A stretch of DNA of 64,000 nt from the NCBI RefSeq assembly GCF_009914755.1, contig NC_060926.1. The stretch is one strand, 5' to 3'. The notes beneath the pieces were generated by a model that saw only the letters and a program-made list of their open reading frames with translations, did not search any database and had not been told where the DNA came from. The translations under genes and the position numbers were made by a program. This document shows positions 1 to 15,120 of the stretch, in pieces (positions within the stretch are counted from its first letter, which is position 1; each line of letters opens with the position of its first letter). The DNA comes from the human T2T-CHM13v2.0 reference genome, Homo sapiens.

Positions 1-894
1 CTGACAAAGTTGGTTTTGACAGTTCTGCTTGTTTTAAATGATTTTTGTGAAGGCACAGATGTTTGGAGCTGCCTAATCTGGTGTTTTGTGGATATTGCTC
101 TCCTTTACTGTAATTTTATATTCCAATTTAAGTTAATGGAATTAATAAGTAAACCTGTGAATTATAAGACTTGCATTACACAAAGTACTGTAGGACGTAT
201 GCTGGTGGAAGACGGACCCTCAAGAATTTGAGAGGTAGATATGACCTGCATATACATATCTATTACAGCAGGTAGTTTATGACCTGTAGTAAATCAGGGG
301 AGTCAGGAAAAGATTAATAAGGATAACTTTTAAGGTGGACTTTGTAGCTTAACTAGGATTTTTATAGTTAGTGATAATAGGGAGAAAAAGTTTAGCTGGA
401 AGAACTGAATAGAATCCTGTTTTATGAGTATGTAGGCTATTTGTAGAGTTTTGGTGGAAGATAGAGCCAGATGATCATAATTAGTTCTGTCTCTTATTTA
501 AAAGACAATGAAAATAAAAGCTTTTAAGCAAAGAAATGCTACGATTTAAGCTCCTGCTTCAGAAGATTAGTTTGGCAGTGATGGGTAGAATGCATTGAGC
601 CTACAAAATGTATATTACATACATAAAATTATATATACAATAAATGTGATTATATTAAGACTTTTGAAATCTAGGAACTCTTAGTTTAAGTCAATAAATA
701 AAAGATTTGCTTATTTTAAAACCCATCTAACCATTATGACACCTAAGATTTTTAAAATACTAGGCAAATGCAGTTAAAAAACAAATTATGTTAAATTTAG
801 TTTCAGAGTATGTTTCAATGAAATATGATAAATACTACCAGAAAGTTACTTATTAAAATACCATTTAGAATCCGCAATACAAATAATCATGCTA

Positions 895-1195
895 CAAGCC
901 AATGCTTATTGGATGCTTCCTATATGCCAGGAAATATATGATGTTAATTTATATATGCTTTCTATAAGTATATTTTTCTAAGTGCTTTATCAGTGGCTGC
1001 TCATGTAACTCTCTGTTACACGTCTGCCAGCCTGTCAGTTAAGTACCATTTTTATCATATCATTTTATGAATGAGGAATCTGAGACTTCTATAAATTAGG
1101 AACTTGGCTTGCCACATAACCAGCAAATGGTAGAGCTGGGATTTGAATCCATTCACTCAGGCTCACAGATTTTGACCTTAACTGTCACATAGCAC
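895..1195 (-). mobile_element. MIR SINE
   Basis: Reverse MIR core: atgaggaatctgagact...gtagagctgggatttgaatcc. Confidence 0.7.
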
Positions 1196-1269
1196 TTTCT
1201 CCCTTTTTAACAGTTATCAAGAATCTAGTATTGAAGTAAGATGTCGTTAAAAAAAAAAAAAAAAAACAC

Positions 1270-2070
1270 AAAATGTGTAAAAAGAGACATTAAGAAAACT
1301 ACCATAGTAGTGAGAAATTACAATAGTCTTTTTGCTAAGTCCTCAATAGATTAGATAAAATAAATAAAAATTTATAGACTTTAAATATAATTAATACTAG
1401 CAAGATATTCATACAATAGTAGATATCTATCATAGGTCTGTAATAGATGTAGATGTATTTGTATATTAAACAGATTATATATTTATAGAATACATATCCC
1501 AAACTTTCTATTCATATATTTAAATAAATAATATAGTTTATTTTCAAGTGCCTATAGAATATGTACAACGTGAAAAAGTGATAATATCCTAGGGTGAAAT
1601 GTTAGTATCAAAATTTTAAAAATAATATTAATATGCATACCACATTCTCAATTTTCACTAACACAAAACTAGAAATTAATAGCAAAATGTTAACCAAAAT
1701 ACTTAATAAAATGACAATTTATTAACATGTTCCTAAAGTAGGTCTAAGATAATTTTAATATGTAATTATATAGTTTTTGATTAAAGGAAATGGCAATATT
1801 ACATTCCAAACTGCAAATGATGATGAGAAAAGAGTTCTCAAATAAATACCCTAAAGGCTTTTATAATTAAGTAAAATAGAAAAGAAATAAATAGAGTCAT
1901 ATCAATAATAATGTAGCGGGGAAAACAGAAAATTCACCTGTTAATACATTAGAAAAAAAATGATGAATCTAAGAATAATTATTTGATAGGGAGAGGAAAA
2001 ATTCTACCAAAATAGGTGAGAAAAACTCTGGAATGTCTAAGAAATAAATACATGGAAAGAGAAAAATTGA
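1270..2070 (+). mobile_element. Ancient L1 (L1M/L1ME) ORF2-region fragment
   Basis: A-rich, with degenerate ORF2 motifs (ttttcaagtg...aaaactagaaattaat). Confidence 0.5.
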
Positions 2071-2410
2071 AAACACACTGTGTTTATCAATTGCTTTATA
2101 ACTATTTACTCCAAGAGTTAGCAGCTTGCAACAACCATGTTTTTTTTCACATGGTTTCTGAAGGTTAGGAATCTGGTGGCAGCTCGGCTGGGTGGTTCTG
2201 GTTAACGGGTTCTTGTGAAGTTGCCATCAGTGTTGTTTATGGTTGCACATCCAAAAGCTTGACTGGAGATTGAAGATCTATTTTCAAGCTTACATGGCTT
2301 GCAAACTTCTTCAGTATCATGTGGGTCTCCTCTTCATACAGCTTCATACAGCTTCTCATGATATGGCATCTGGCTTTCCTAAGAGTGAGTGATCTAAGAC
2401 AGTGAGGGAG

Positions 2411-2458
<48 letters not shown>

Positions 2459-2650
2459 GTATGTATATACATATATATACATGTATGTGCGTATGTGTAT
2501 ATATACACATACATATGTACGCATATACATATATACACGTGTGTATACATACGTGTATATACACACATATACATACGCGTACACATGTGTGCACATATGC
2601 ATACACATGTGTGCGCATATGTGTACGCATGTGTGCACATATATATATAT
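2411..2650. repeat. Compound (TA)n/(CA)n/(TATG)n microsatellite, uninterrupted purine-pyrimidine alternation
   Basis: Read directly; 240 bp of strict RY alternation. Confidence 0.95.
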
Positions 2651-2741
2651 CAGATGATATATATACAGAAAGTGAGAGAGCAGATACATATAAATCTTCA
2701 AAACCAGTCCTTAACTAACAGGTCTCCTCTCACACACAAAT

Positions 2742-3342
2742 ATATCCTATTGGACCTTTCAAGTATATTAACTTATGTAGCAAAAAGGACTTGCAGATAT
2801 AATTAAGGTTAATAATCAGTGACTATAAAATAGGGATATTAACCTAGATTATATAAGAGTATTGGTGGGATGTAGGGTATGATCATGTGCATGGAGAAAT
2901 TTTCTTCTGCTGGAGTCGGGAGAGGTATAGCAGAAAAAGCTAGAAAAATTCCAATGTGAGAAAAATTTGTGTGCCATTTGGGGCCCATATGAAAGGCTTG
3001 AAGAGAGGACTCTAGGAGTTCAGGGTGGCCTCTGGCTGACAGACAGGAAGGAAAGAGAACCTTCATTCTTCAGCCACAAGAAACAGCATTCTGCCAACAA
3101 CTTGAATGAGTTTGGAAGTGGTTTTGTTTGTTTGTTTGTTTGTTTGTTTTTTCCTAAAACCTCACTATAAAAACCCAGCTGGCTGACACCTTCATTTCAG
3201 CCTTGACAAACCCACAGCAAGGACACAGTTAGCTGAGCCTAACAGGACTTCTGACTTTTAGAACTGTGATATAATAACTGGGTGTTGTTTTAAGTCGCTA
3301 AATTTGTGAGAAGTGGTTACAGTAGCAATGGAAATTGAATAC
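2742..3342 (+). mobile_element. MLT1D/MLT1E-type LTR nested in the MLT1F-type LTR
   Basis: gcaaaaaggacttgcagat...attctgccaacaacttgaatgag...tgttgttttaagtcgctaaatttgtg...gcaatggaaattgaatac. Confidence 0.75.
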
Positions 3343-5670
3343 CATAGCATATACTTACTCTCAAAGTGATATGCCCTCTCTTTTGCTATATTATGTTGGT
3401 CAGAGACCAAGCAGGGGGATATGGGAGGGAACCATACAAAGATGTGAATAAAACTGAGGTGAGATCATCAAGGACTGTATTGGAGGTTACTACTATCCTC
3501 TGACCTCCACAATACAAATTCCCTCACATATGAAAAATACACACACTGCCCCCCAGGATTCCCCAAAATCTCATCCCATTTTAGCATCAGCTTGAGGTTC
3601 ATATGCTGTTATCTAGGTCCAGGCATGGATGAGATTCCTGGAGTGTAGGCACTTAAATACAGTTCCTTGGATAAAATTACTTAAATACAGCTCCTTGAGG
3701 ATATTTCCTCTCTATCTAGAGATAGAGGCAGGTTACTGCCCCCCCCATACCCAATATCCTGGCAGACAACAGAGGATAATAGTTGTAGACATTCCTGTTC
3801 ATAAAGGCAAAAAATAAAAGGCACAAAGGAGACATAGGTCCACAGCAATTTTAACATCCAACTAGGCGAATATTGGCAGTTCTTAATTGTTGCCAACTCT
3901 GATTCCTGCCCCCAAATGCTCTCTGTATCTTTTTGTTTAAGATTCTGGGTTTTTGGTTTCTCCCTTTGAGTTACCCTTTCTTTTCATGAATGGTAGTGCA
4001 TGTTCACACTGAGTAATTTTTATAGCCTGCCTTCTTATTTATAGATTTAAGGGTCCAAGGACCTCTTTTTATTTTGTACTGTCACTGTTCTTTTCAATTA
4101 AAACTGGCGATTCTGGTGACATAATCTGCATACAACTTTGTAGATCTTCTGTGGATCTTGTTAAGGATCACTCCATTGACAAAATTTATGTCCCTGCATC
4201 TTTTCTATATAAGCCTCTTCTCTACCCTCTTCCACTGAGATGGCTGAGATACTATACTCTTTACCTTCTTGGAATCTCTCTCTACTTTTTTTGTTGAGAG
4301 GATTTATGATGCGCACCCTTAAATTCTTTATAGGGCTTTTTTTTTTTCACCACAGAGTACTATGAGACACCCCTTTTAACTTTTCTGGAGTCTTAACAAA
4401 GGCTTTTAGAGTCACGTCATTGGATTCTACTAATTCTATCCTTGTTTCCCGTCTTGGGACACTGGAAATCTTCAAAACCAGTCCTTAACTGATAAGTCTC
4501 CTCTCACATTTTACTCTAAACAGAGTATATTCAACATTTTTAATGGAAATTTCCTCAGCTGGATCACCCCATTTGTTAGGTACATTTTCCATCTTCCACA
4601 TCACTGCAAGTAACAGGTTTGTTGGACATTTTGCCACTAAGTAACAAGAATATTCTTTCCTCAAATTTCCAATAAAATTTTCCTTTCTTTCCCTTAACTG
4701 TTCACAGGCAGCCTCCTCAACGTCAAAACTTTTGCTAACAGTCTGTTCGAGGTTTTCCTAAAACTCTTCTTAAAACCCTTCTACCTACTTCCTATTGCCT
4801 GGTTTCAAAATGATTCCACATATTAGGTATTTATTGTGGCACCACACTACTTCCAATTTCTAAATTTTGTGTTATTTGTCAATTGCTGCATAATAAATCA
4901 TCCCCAAATTTTGTGGTTTTGAACAGCAAACATTTACTGTCTCACATAGTTTTTGGGTACTAGGAATCTTTGAGTAGCTGAGCTAGGTGCTGCTGGCTCA
5001 GAATCTCTTGTGATGCTATAGGCACATTGTTTTCTGGTGCTGCAGTATTCTGAATGTGTGATTGGGGCAGGAAGATCTGTTTTCAAGCTCGGTCCTGTGA
5101 CTGTTGGCATTAGGCTTTTCACTATGTGGACTTCTCCACAGTGTTGTTTATGTGACTCTGAATAGTCACAATGGGGGTTAGTGCTTCAATTCACAGGACT
5201 TCCTATAAGAAAAAAACGATAGGGCATTTATGCTAGGGGAGCTGGCTTTCCTCGGGAAGTAATAACAGAGAGAGAGAAAGAGAAAGGGAGGGAGAGAGAG
5301 AAAGAGAGGAGAAATAAGGACGGAAAATAATATCTCTTATAAGCTGTCTCAGAAATGAACATACCATCACTTCTGATATGTTCTATTGGTGACATATTCT
5401 ATTGGTTACAGTGACCAAATCTGGTACAATGTAGACAGGGTGTACAGAAGGGTAGAAATAGTAGGAGGTGGGGACTCCTAGGAGTCTCTTGGAGGCTGAC
5501 TACTACACTACAACTTCTGGCCTCCAATTAGTCATGTCTCTCTTTTTAAATTAAAAAAAAAGAAATGTTGGGGGGTATGGAATTATACTTTATAATTCAG
5601 GAATGTTTGTCTCAGGGAAATTAAGACTCTTATCCAAGACATTACCAAGACAATTGAAACCTAACCCACC

Positions 5671-6044
5671 TGTATTGTTCCTTTTCCTACTGCTATAAAG
5701 AACTGCCCGTGACTGGGTAATTTATAAAGGAAAGATGTTTAATTGACTCACAGTTCTGCATTGCTGGGGAGGCCTCAGGAAACTTTCAATCATGGCAGAA
5801 GTCAAAGGAGAAGCAGGAACCTTCTTCTCAGGGCAGCAGGATGGAGTGAGTGCAAGCATGGGAAATGCCAGACACTTATAAAACCATCAGATCTTGTGAA
5901 AACTCACTATCATGAGAACAGCATGGGGGAAACCGCCTCCCTGATCCAATTGCCTCTACCTGGTCCCTCCCTTGACACGTGGGGATAATGGAGATTACAA
6001 TTCAAGCTGAGATTTGGGTGGAGTCACAGACCTGAACCATATCG
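5671..6044 (-). mobile_element. THE1D-type solo LTR
   Basis: THE1 consensus similarity; 5-bp TSD CCACC at 5666-5670 and 6045-6049. Confidence 0.88.
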
Positions 6045-6377
6045 CCACCTAAACCTCATGCCTCACCTAAAATCTTATGCCTTTTCTCTTGCAATAAAAT
6101 AGGATACCCTGGAGATCTGCTATGTATAGTACTGTTTTCCATAGTACATAATATTCCTATACTGCTTGAGCTTTTGAAATTGTCTATCTTTGCCAGTTTT
6201 TCTTTATCTCAGCCTTCAATTTCTATCTTACCTCACTGGAATAAGTGTTCCAGATGGATAAATTTTCTCTCCACCCTTCCAGATTACTATGTTTTTGTTT
6301 GCAATAAACATGTATGGCATTGCCTATAGCATCATGAAAGAACCAGACTTACTGAAATCGCATGAAAACTAAGTGTA

Positions 6378-7095
<718 letters not shown>

Positions 7096-7141
7096 GAATA
7101 AGAGTAAATACGTTCTGAGTAAAAATCTATGTGGGTCTTCC

Positions 7142-7491
7142 TGTATTAGACTGTTTAGGTTGTCATAACAAAATACTACAAACTGAGTGGCTTAAACAAC
7201 AGAAATTTGTTTCTCACAGTTCTAAAGGCTGGGAAGTTCGAGATCAAGATGCCAGCTGACTCACTTCTTGTTGATAGCTCTGTTCCTGTTGTGTAGATGG
7301 CTGCCTTCTCACTGTGTCCTCACTTGGCAAAGAAAGTGAGAGAGCCTTCGGGTTTGAATGCTGCTATAAGAATACAAATCCTTTCAGATCAGTGCTTCAC
7401 CCTTAAGAACTCATTTAACTCTAATCAATTCCTTATTCTAAATCATGCTTGAATGTATGAGTTTGTGGGGGAATCAATTCAATTCATAGGA
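7142..7491 (-). mobile_element. MLT1A0-type solo LTR
   Basis: tgtattag...ggcttaaacaacagaaattt...cacagttctaaaggctgggaagttcgagatcaag; TSD CTTCC at 7137-7141 and 7492-7496. Confidence 0.85.
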
Positions 7492-8787
7492 CTTCCTATA
7501 AGGAAAAAATATAGTGCTTTGACTTTGGGATATTATAGTATTCAAGGAGCTCTTTTTTTCCAATGGGGGTTTTGTTTCTTTACATTATTTTTCTCAGTAT
7601 CAATCCAGACAGTGAGTTTTTCATATATTTATGTTCCCAATAATTAAGTTACTGATTATAATATGGAGTTTCATTATTGCTGCTATTTTAGAAATATGTA
7701 TTTCCTGAGTTTCAGGTTCAAAACGTTTTTAAAGGAAAACAAAATACACTCATTAAAGAGATTAATAGCAATGGAAGAAAATGAAAATAGCGTACCTATA
7801 GGTGGACTTGAGTTTGTTTTCATTCACTTAAGTAGCTTCTTATTAGAGGGTCAGATTGGTTTTATATTAATGTGAAGAGCGCAACAAACCCATTATATAT
7901 AATAGATTTATATTATACAAAGCCACTGATATATTGTGGTAGATTATATGAAGCTATTCTCATCATTCCCCTTCTAGACATACATACACACATGCTTATA
8001 TATAATAATCAAATGAGTTAGTTGACAAAAGGTTTTAAAGTCCGAATTTAATTCATGAAGGTATCCATTTTCTTGGATTAAAATTCTAGTTTCTGATTTT
8101 TTTACATTTCAAAAACACTATACCTTTTTCTAAATTATGTATATTTTTCTGTTTGTAAGGAAAGTGTAGAGCTTACAACAGAGACATAGAGAAAATATTG
8201 ACTATACTAAAGTTAGCAACTGATATATGTTATAGATGAACTGTAACAAATATGTCCTTAGTGAAATATAAAATGATGTTGTTATAATAACGTTAGAGTT
8301 CTAGTTAGTACTACATTCAATTTGTATTCAATTTGCGACAATTTAAAAGTTATTAACCTATATTCTAAAGTTAGTAAATTATTTTACAACAGTAATTTCA
8401 ACAATGGAGGCTCCCATGTGCCCATGTATTTGGATACATTTGTCTGAAATCATTTTAATGAGCAATTAAAAAACTCACAAAATAGTCTTTCTAATATTTG
8501 CTCTCAAAACAACTCTGAGAGGTCAACTGTTTAATATGTTTAATGTAATATCTATTATATTCTCAATTTTACCGTTCTTACTAATGAATTATGTTATGAT
8601 TTTATTGCCTTTGGAATTGAAAGCAAGATAAAATATGCTTTTTGTGTTTTATGCTTACATACAACAAAGTTTTGAAGTATTTTTTAGCTCTGAAAAGGAA
8701 TGATAACAATGACTATTTGGAAATAAAATATATCTTCTACTATAGAAAACATAAGCAAATACAACTTGTTACCAAGGTATAGTTTCT

Positions 8788-8788
<1 letters not shown>

Positions 8789-8831
<43 letters not shown>
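8789..8831. repeat. (GT)21 microsatellite
   Basis: Read directly. Confidence 0.97.
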
Positions 8832-8836
<5 letters not shown>

Positions 8837-10877
8837 CAGAGTGGTGGTGTCTATGACATACTACGGTATATTTGAGATTATAAACTAACAAAGCAACTCA
8901 AACACTTGACAACATAAGAGTAAAAGATAACTGAACATGAGATGACAATTGGAAAGTTAACCTTGAAGTGGTCTGGAAAATTATATTATTTGCTTTGTTT
9001 TTGATTTGTCAATGGAGACCAACATAAATTTTCCATGTAATGGTAAGTCATTAAAAAGTCATAAAATATAGTTTAATAGCATTGCAATTATTATTTTAAT
9101 AAATGTTACAATTACTATAATTTAAAATACTTGCCTGAAATTAATTCTAATCATCCAAAATACAACTTCTAATGAAATTTTCACTCTTGAATGTTTGCTT
9201 TAAATCACATTGTCTTCCATATATTCAATACTTTTGGGAGCAATGCTGTGGAATGTAGAATAAATATCAGTTGTTGCTATTGAAAATTGTGAACTTTAAA
9301 AAATTTTAATAAAGGGATAAGATTATAACTTTTTGCTTATGATTTGTAAAAAAGAACTGCAGTACCCTGTTTTACAAATATATGATTGATAACATTATTT
9401 GGAAATGCTATATATACCAATCATTTTCAGGTCATTTGAAAATTTCATGTTTTACCTTAAAATAAGAGAACAAATTTAAAGTGAGCCAACTCAAGTTTAT
9501 TAAGAAAAAGTTTGAGGCAGTTTGTTTTTCAGAATAATAATAATAATAGTATTATAGTCTCAGATTATGCTTTATGCCAAACTGTGGTATTGTCATCTTT
9601 GGTTTCTGGATAAGATTTTACTGATGCCTTAGGTATTATTTTAATAAATGTCATAATTTATTATAACTGCTTAATGCACTCAAAATTTTGCAAAGCTTCT
9701 TATACTGTATAATTCAGACTAAAATTTAACATAATTGTGATGGTACTTTGAAAGGCCTACAATGTTCCATGAAAGAAGAATCTGGGGGCACCAATCACTG
9801 CATTATCTACAAACAATATGAGTTTTTGTATCAATAATTTCACACTTTCCCCAAAGAAAGTCATTTTTTCTTGAGTATCAACAAAATTTTATAGTGTTCA
9901 TTTAGCTTGCTTGTCATTTCAACATTATGTATTGTGTACCATCACAATAGGGGGTGTTGAAGAAGCCCATTACCTACTATTCTTGTCCTCCATTGTTCAG
10001 AGCATAATGTAGATAGAAAATGATAAAAACAATACCTTAGATTCCTAAGCATAGGGCATGATAGTAATATCATAGTAGTGACATTGGAACCCGCATGCAA
10101 GTCATTATAAATTCCTGCCCTTATCATATACATCATACATGAAAATAGAAGAGATAATGAGTGCAAATAAAGAAGTGGAACTGAGTGGCATTAATCTCAG
10201 TATTGAGAGATTTTGTGAGTAGTACAGCATTCTTTTCATGTGCTAGCTGAAGTTCCCAATGGCAAATTGAATGCTGCTTATATCATTATATGCATGAATG
10301 AATATGATTGAAATAATGCATATGTTATTATATCAAATCCAATTTCACGAATATTATCAACCAACTAAAAAGTCTAATTGCTGATTAGAGAACTTATTAT
10401 GGAGGTTCTTCTTAATATGCTTCAAATTGACATTGCATACTGGACTATGTCTCATTTATGATTTAGGGAACAAAATGTTTGACAGTGTGCACACACACAG
10501 CCATAGTACACACATATGTCTATATACATCCATAAGTGCAACCAAATATATACAATATACAAAATGCTATGCAGTATATCAGAGCCTTCTCTGTGCTCTT
10601 CAAACTTGGAAGAATGGATAGCAAAGCTCACATAACTCTCCAGGACCACATTTTCTCACTTCCTCTACCTTAGTAAAACAATTCCACGCATGGTCCTTGT
10701 CTCTGTTGTACAATGTTGTGTCTCCAAAACCCAGCACAAGGCATGGGACATGGGAAGCAGTCAGTGGATCACCTTAGTTCAAGAATCCTCTGCTTCAGTC
10801 ATGCTTTATGGGGCCACAGGTGTTTTGAGAAGATGCTTTAGTTATAGCTTTAATGAAGCAAAGGGTGCAGCAGAGAA

Positions 10878-11365
10878 AAGCCAACATCCTTACCATGATC
10901 CTAAGGCAGATGCCCTCCCTCACCTACAACTCCTTCTCCAACCATATATGCCATCACTGTCCCCATCCCTCTCTCTAGTGCTGACGCCACTAGCCTCTGC
11001 AGCTCTTCCAAATAAGCTTATGCCTCAGTGACGTTACTGTACCTGGAAATCCCTTCCACAGATATCTACATGGCTTATTCCCTCACTTCATTCAAATCTC
11101 TCTTTATGAATCATCTTATTAGAGAAAACTTCCCTGACTACCTACTTAAGTGGTACCTTCCAATACCTTTTTTTATTTATTGAACTTTGGTAAGTTTAAG
11201 CATGTCTTAAATATGTATTTGCCTATTGTCTGAAAAACACAAACACAATAATGTAAGCTCTAGGAGAGGAGTAGTTTGTCAGAATTGTACTCTGTCTTAC
11301 TGCTTAGAATTGAGTGTAGAAAATAGAAGTTCCTCAAGAAGTATCTATTAAAAGAATGAATAAAT
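10878..11365 (+). mobile_element. L2 (L2a-like) 3' fragment
   Basis: cctggaaatcccttccacagatatctacatggcttattccctcacttcattcaaatctc...aatgtaagctc...gaatgaataaat. Confidence 0.7.
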
Positions 11366-13073
11366 TAAGAAGTGGGTCCCTAACATCCATGTCAAGAAAT
11401 TTTTGGTGTTGTTTCATTTTGTTTAACACAATTGACTTCTAGGTAAAATTTCTTTTGTAATAAATTTTCTGTGTCTAAAAATAGTTTGAATTTTTAAAGT
11501 TTGATTTATTAAAACCTGTATTACTTGGTAGCACAAATTCTATGTATTTTTGATGATACTGAGGATAATTCTATATTAAATAAGCTTACAAAAGCAAAAG
11601 GAAAATAGTTTGTAAAACCATTCTGACATTCAAATACTGACAAATCTATTTGCAAAGATAAATCTAACTTTTTGTTGTAGCAGTAGGGTCTTGATAAAAA
11701 TTTATATTATTTTGCCAGTAGGCTCATATAAACCTGAATCTGATACTTTAAAGCACTTTCTCCAAATAAAATTCTACATAGATCTTTGCACAAAAGCATC
11801 AAAGTCAAGTGGACAGAATTTAGAAGCTGAAACAATGAAAACTTCTGGCTGAATGCAAACTGGGACGATAATCAGCACTCTTAGGGTGTGTGGGCAAAGA
11901 GAGAGGGAATAAAAGGATGGAGTACGCAAATGGTAATCATTCTCCTAATCAATTCTATCATATGGAGAAAAATAGAAAGCCAGACAAGGAAATAGCAGAG
12001 GCTATTGAAGACCGGCCATATCTTCATGAACTCAGAGAAAGAGCAGAGTTATGCAAGGAATGGCCCTCCAACATGCCATAGCCTGCACACTAGTGAATTT
12101 GCTATATTCTATGTCATGGATACTGATAAATCCAATTGACAACTCCTCTTTCTATATGAAGGAATGAGAAAAAGGAGTTGTTTTTTGCACTGTGATGAAT
12201 ATGCACTCGATATGTAAATTAACCCAATGATTAATACAAAGCAGGGAGTAGTAGACGCTTAAAGAATAGGGAGGCTTAGTATTCCTATGGGAATACAGAC
12301 AAAGAGACTTTGCCTTTTCTAGGGTTATATGGAAAGATTTCAAAGAGAAAGTGAGATTTGAGGTAGACAGTGAAAGTTGGGCACAATTTGAATTGCCCAG
12401 CGTCCAGGAAGGCATTTTAAGATGAGGAAATATTATGAACTCTAGAGGAGAAATAGTCAAAGAACCCATGAGTATGTAAGATTGGCTGGACTATATTTTT
12501 CCCACCGTTTATTTCAGTTTTTTTCTATGTCATGTATTGTATTTAGTTATAATTAACTATTCAATTCTCTCTTATATATTTGTCAATATAAATATTTGTT
12601 TAACATACATTTAAATATAATTATTCTAAGGGGCTGTATTTTAGATTATGTTTATGTTTATACATTAGCTTAGAAAAATACTGAAATCCACAAAAAATAG
12701 TATATTTTAAGTAAAAGGAAATTAAAACCATATAAAATGTCTTATTGTTAAACTTATGAAATACTAGAACAGTTACAAAGAAACAATTAAAATGATTTGT
12801 TAGAAAACATCAGTGACAGAAATAACATATGCTGTCTGGTAGAAACTTTACCTCCAAACAGCTATTTTCATATCGTACTTTCGTATTTCCTTAGGAGACA
12901 TAATAGGTTTTAAACTATGCCTTATTACTACGTTGTGAAGTTGGGAAAAAAGAAAATAGACTGTGTATGTAACTATAGCACTTTAATAAAACATAGTGTA
13001 AGTATTTGTCTAATTTAATAATGCCAATTAACTGAAAACAGTTTCTAGTCAATTTGTCTGCCTCTGGTATAGC

Positions 13074-13099
13074 AAAAAAAAAAAAAAAAAAAAAAAAAA
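13074..13099. repeat. Poly(A) tract
   Basis: Read directly. Confidence 0.9.
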
Positions 13100-14374
13100 T
13101 CTAAGAAACTATCATATGTGTTTTTAAAATAAAGTTTATATTTTATGTTAAAAGAGGGAAAAAACAAAATGCTACAAAGCATTTATTTTTATTGATCTTG
13201 AGATCTGAGCAAATTTATACTTTATGGGAATCCCAGTAGGGAAAATAGAAGGACATCTAAAGTTCATTTCCTCAAGGTGGGGGAAGTCTTCTTAATTTGT
13301 CTTGCATTATATTTATTCACATACTCATCAGCTATTTATTAATTCATACATGTATTTGTTCATTCATTCAGTTTAGTCTAAACTTTGACTCCTTTTCACC
13401 TGGCCCTGTCCTTGGTCTAACTCGGGCATGACACTTTCCAATTTCTTCTGCAATACCTACTGCCTGCCTACCTCATTCTGCCTTTCTCATTAGATCCGAA
13501 TTAGGACCTCAGAAGCTCACTAACCTGCAGGATATAGACAGTCTGAATTTTGGATCTAGCAATCGTGTAATTTAGATCTTGTTTAATGGTCCATGCTACC
13601 TATGCTTTCAATCTCAGACTGATTTTCTGATAAATCAAGTTAAAATTAAACAAGTTTGACAAATTAAGTTAGACTGTATCTTTTATTTCCAAATTCAGCT
13701 CCCTAAATACTCATTCATAAACTAATATACCACTATTCATATTTCCATTTTTAGCTTTCTGGCTTCTGCCTGAGCCTAGAATCCTAAACTCGGACAATTG
13801 TAGCTTTGTCCACTTGGCCGATATTTAATTTCTCAATTAAGTATATATTTGGCACTGTGATGAAGGGACTGTACTGGGATCTGCACACATTTTCAAAAGG
13901 TATGCATGCCTTTAATTCCTAAGGGCTTAAATTCTAATAAATGGCATAAAAGCAATACATAACAGAAAAACTATATAATTATAAAATATAAAATATATAT
14001 ATACATATTTATATTATAAAAATATAAAATTTTAATATAAATATAAAAATAATAGTGTAAATATAAACATATTTGTATAAATGTTATATATTTATAAAAT
14101 AGATAAAATGTAATTAGAGTGCGTTATAACAAACTTTGTTGAGTGGAAGGAGATAATGTATTTTAAGTACATACATCTTATACTTGCAAAAACTAACCAG
14201 CTGAAGTGGGAGAAAAAAGGGATTGAAAATCTGGGGATCTAAAATGATTGTACTGTAAGATAGATAAATAATTAGTGAGATAACTGCCTAAACTGTTCCA
14301 AGAGAGTGTTTTTAACCCCTTTAAATAAACCAAGATTATTCATACAAATGCATGCTATGAGCACTTGATAAAGC

Positions 14375-15120
14375 TAACAGACAGAAAGTCAGTAAAGATA
14401 TAGAACTTGAACAGCACTATCAGCCAAATTTCCCTAATGGAGATTTATAGTATACTCCACCCAACAACAGTAGAATATACTTTCTTCTTAAGTATACGTG
14501 GAGCATCATCGAGATAGACTGTATCTTGGGCCATAAAACAAGATCAATAAAATTAAGATGATTTAAATCTTACAGAGTATGTTTCCTGAACAAAACTGAA
14601 TTAAATTAGAAATCGATAAAGATATCTGGAAAGTCTCCAGGTGCTTTTAAATTAAACAACACATTTTAAATAGCTCAAAGGTTAAAGAGGAATTCACAGG
14701 AGAATTAGAAATAATCTGACCAGAATGAAAGCATAACATATCAAAATTTGTGGGATAGTGTTCAGCAAGGTTACAGAATTCAAAGTCAACACACAGAAAT
14801 CAGTCTTGTTTCTATATACTAGCCATGCACAATTGTACCAACATTTTAGATTTTTTTAAATTAAAAAAAAAAACATTCAAAATAGCTCCCAAAATATAAA
14901 TACACAGGTATAACTCTAACAAGACATACAGGATCTGTATGTTGAAAACTACAAAACACTTAAGAAATCTGAGAAGACCTCAAAACATGAAAGACATACA
15001 GGGTTTGTGGTTTGCAAGTCACAATATGGTTAAAGATGAAAATTCTCCCCAAATTAACAAGTAGATTCAATGTAATTCCTATCAAAATTTCAGCAGTATT
15101 TTTGTAGAGATGGACAAATA
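14375..15120 (+). mobile_element. Old L1 (L1M) ORF2 fragments joined by an internal deletion near 14758
   Basis: actccacccaacaacagtagaatatac...ggccataaaacaag...catatcaaaatttgtgggat|...agattcaatgtaattcctatcaaaat. Confidence 0.8.

Larger units (their letters stand above)
2079..5507 (-). mobile_element. ERVL-MaLR MLT1F/G-type provirus: LTR (2079-~3495, interrupted), internal (~3496-4867), LTR (4868-5507)
   Basis: Two homologous LTR ends (tgtgtttatcaattgctt / tgtgttatttgtcaattgctgc ... ttggaggctgactactaca) flank MLT1-int-like sequence. Confidence 0.7.

Noticed and set aside
2237-2806. ORFs of 78-154 aa rich in Y/I/H/V/C
   Set aside because: Translations of the RY microsatellite, which lacks stop codons; no coding evidence.
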